Shown here one piece after another: positions 63,733 through 64,000 of a DNA stretch of 64,000 nucleotides (positions are counted from its first letter, which is position 1; each line of letters opens with the position of its first letter). The notes under the pieces are model-generated. The model was not told where the DNA came from and did no database searches. It was given only the letters and a program-made list of their open reading frames with translations. This DNA comes from an uncultured Candidatus Poseidoniales archaeon (GTDB lineage: Archaea; Thermoplasmatota; Poseidoniia; Poseidoniales; Thalassarchaeaceae), in NCBI GenBank assembly GCA_963934165.1, contig CAWVXH010000004.1, forward strand, positions 19,812 to 83,811. Direction: 5' to 3'. The translations under genes and the position numbers were made by a program.

Positions 63733-64000
63733 ATGGCAAGTAATAAACCAGGCAAGAACCGACTAGAACAGATCAAAGCACCATTACATATCAGGCGCAA
63801 GCGAATGCGAGCTCGATTAATAACTGATGATCCAGATCTTCAAGCTGTTCGAACCGTTACCGTTCGTGTCGGTGATGAAGTTGAAGTACTCCGAGGAGAC
63901 TTTGGTAATCCTAACAGTGTCAAATCCGATTCCCGCGGCAAGCGCCTCGGACAATCACGTGGCCGTGCAGGATTGAAGGCGAAGGTTGCCAGTGTCAACA
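63733..64000 (+). CDS. rpl24: Ribosomal protein uL24 (N-terminal part, truncated by the window edge)
   Basis: The ATG at 63733 opens MASNKPGKNRLEQIKAPLHIRRKRMRARL...VRVGDEVEVLRGDFG, which runs to the window end. Operon position after L14. Confidence 0.85.
   Translation, partial: MASNKPGKNRLEQIKAPLHIRRKRMRARLITDDPDLQAVRTVTVRVGDEVEVLRGDFGNPNSVKSDSRGKRLGQSRGRAGLKAKVASVN

Noticed and set aside
1-64000. Search for CRISPR arrays, cas genes, toxin-antitoxin pairs, integrases/transposases or prophage remnants, including next to the three tRNA genes
   Set aside because: I noticed no regularly spaced direct repeats, and no recombinase or transposase-like ORFs next to the tRNAs or elsewhere. The window looks like core chromosome rather than an accessory island. 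This was a visual scan only, not an exhaustive computation.

Overview
This is a compact archaeal chromosomal segment of about 60 genes on both strands. I saw no transposase, integrase, CRISPR array or rRNA. Archaeal markers: the ribosomal operon L3-L4-L23-L2-S19-L22-S3-L29-SUI1(aIF1)-Rpp29-S17-L14-L24 (57.4-64 kb), thermosome, Hef helicase/nuclease, ABCE1, short archaeal-type triosephosphate isomerase, archaeal NMN adenylyltransferase, and a tRNA-Trp interrupted by a ~115-nt intron. Low GC, very acidic secreted lipoproteins, a peptide ABC transporter, a membrane-anchored subtilase and giant surface proteins suggest a heterotrophic marine planktonic euryarchaeote (Marine Group II / Poseidoniales-like). 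That placement is inference only and cannot be verified here. Other content: TatC, DRG GTPase, GrpE, succinyl-CoA synthetase, NDP-sugar pyrophosphorylase, aminotransferase, DadA-like oxidase, MFS transporters, tRNA-Arg(TCT), tRNA-Ala(GGC) and an unlisted 35-aa eL41-like gene. Items most worth follow-up: (1) a flavodoxin fused to an SdhB-like protein lacking essentially all Fe-S cysteine ligands, translationally coupled to an HdrB/SdhE-like protein with degenerate CCG motifs; (2) a canonical C/D box sRNA inside the tRNA-Trp intron whose D guide targets C34 of its own tRNA; (3) an Opp-type ABC transporter with a LivJ-like/OppA-like fused binding lipoprotein, plus hydrophobic insertions in both the permease and the ATPase; (4) an hpnE-hpnC-hpnD-like three-gene squalene module in an archaeal context; (5) a split, permuted glutamate-synthase-like module with an extra Fe-S/FMN-barrel paralog. 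All functional calls rest on motif recognition by eye. No database search was run.
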